A stretch of DNA of 64,000 nt from Chrysomallon squamiferum (Eukaryota; Animalia; Mollusca): the NCBI GenBank assembly GCA_012295275.1, contig CM022672.1, positions 32,364,001 through 32,428,000 of the forward strand, given 5' to 3'. Below are positions 63,120 to 64,000 of the stretch, piece by piece. Under the pieces are notes generated by a model, which ran no database searches, had not been told where the DNA came from, and saw only the letters and a list, made by a program, of their open reading frames with translations. Both the position numbers and the translations under genes were made by a program. Position 1 is the first letter of the stretch. Each line of letters opens with the position of its first letter.

Positions 63120-63620
63120 AGTAGATAGCTTACAGTATCTAAGAACTGAAGGAGCGTTTTGACTCTCTGCTGCAATTGATGCTTGAGTCTAACTAGTCTT
63201 TTTTCCATCAATAGTCAAGAGGAATGGGTGGCCATCAGAAGTCACTGTCCATTCTTAAGTAAGGTTCACATCTGATTTTTCAGTGGAAGTGCAAGGATCT
63301 GCTTCCGTCGATGTGTGTACAGTGCGCTGCTCATGCTGGGGAATGATGACGATACTCGGACTTGATCTGGGTCATGTCTGACTCTCTCTTCATTGTAAAC
63401 AGCATTCAACGGTGTTGTTTCTTCTCTGGCCCGATTTCGCATAGTTCTCAGAAACGTCTGACGCTCTGAATCTTGTGATAGGTTGGTGGCATCAGCGGTG
63501 TTCCTGACGTGATCACCATTGCAAGCCTTGATGACACATTATCAATGAATACAAGTCTCTCGTACAGCATTCTTGTTGTAGAGGTGACTATGTAATTTGA
63601 CTTGGGGCATAACCATCTAC
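63120..63620 (-). mobile_element. Internally deleted FLYWCH/MULE (Mutator-like) transposase remnant
   Basis: A frame not in the ORF track reads LHSHLYNKN..CIH**CVIKACNG (FLYWCH-like), then FLRTMRNRAREETTPLNAVYNEE..FPSMSSALYTHRRKQILALP, and after a shift EWTVTSDGHPFLLTIDG. This is the usual pre-catalytic region of animal MULE transposases. The DDE core is missing. Confidence 0.7.
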
Positions 63621-64000
63621 GACAATAAATACTCCACTTTCCGAAGTCCAGCCATGGTGCAAGTATGCCATGACTTGACACATCTGAGTTATATATGTCT
63701 CAAAAGCAACTAATTGAATAAAGTCACTATGATCTGAGAACAGTACTTTACAATTGGATTTTTTTTTAATATCTCATTGCTCTATCAAAACATGTCTCCT
63801 TCAAAATCTTTCCTCATTTTTAAGAGCAACATCCCCATATAATTGGAGTAACCTTGAACACATGCTGCCCACCGGAGTTGTGATCATTCTCCCAACGCAG
63901 GAGTGCCCAGCTTACTTACTGCTTCGCTGCTTTCCAAATTGTATGACTACTGACCATAAGACTGTTGCGAGGATACCGCGTATAGAGATTAGAAGAAGCT

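Noticed and set aside
63448-63681. Supplied 77-aa ORF as a gene
   Set aside because: It is an alternative frame over the MULE remnant; the meaningful similarity is in a different, stop-containing frame.

Overview
This is AT-rich, microsatellite-laden animal DNA with spliceosomal introns. It looks lophotrochozoan or mollusc-like, but that is an impression and is not established. Nothing prokaryotic is present and most of the supplied ORFs are repeat artefacts. From left to right: a decayed transposase-like ORF (1.9-3.0 kb); a 200-N gap; an ~8-kb satellite of 61/62-bp monomers in two hairpin-forming subtypes (3.9-11.9 kb); a decayed pogo-type transposase (14.3-15.0 kb). Next comes the main structure, a ~36.6-kb imperfect palindrome with arms at ~17841-32207 and ~40820-54427 and an ~8.6-kb spacer. 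Each arm carries a copy of a gene I could reconstruct exon by exon from splice sites and phases: 5 coding exons, 286 aa, made of a signal peptide, two mutually homologous atypical Ig-like domains, a Cys-containing stalk, a hydrophobic segment and a very short tail. The left (minus) copy is intact. The right (plus) copy has a 1-nt frameshift and, by my count, 15 non-synonymous versus 3 synonymous differences. The spacer is a mosaic of broken gene pieces: COG7 N-terminal exons, a multi-exon ACP7 (purple acid phosphatase) pseudogene and a possible LamG-like fragment. The right end holds a hAT-type MITE with an 8-bp TSD, a Tc1 (DD34E) element nested in a small foldback, an RNase H-bearing LINE fragment and a FLYWCH/MULE remnant. 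All identities and counts were made by eye.
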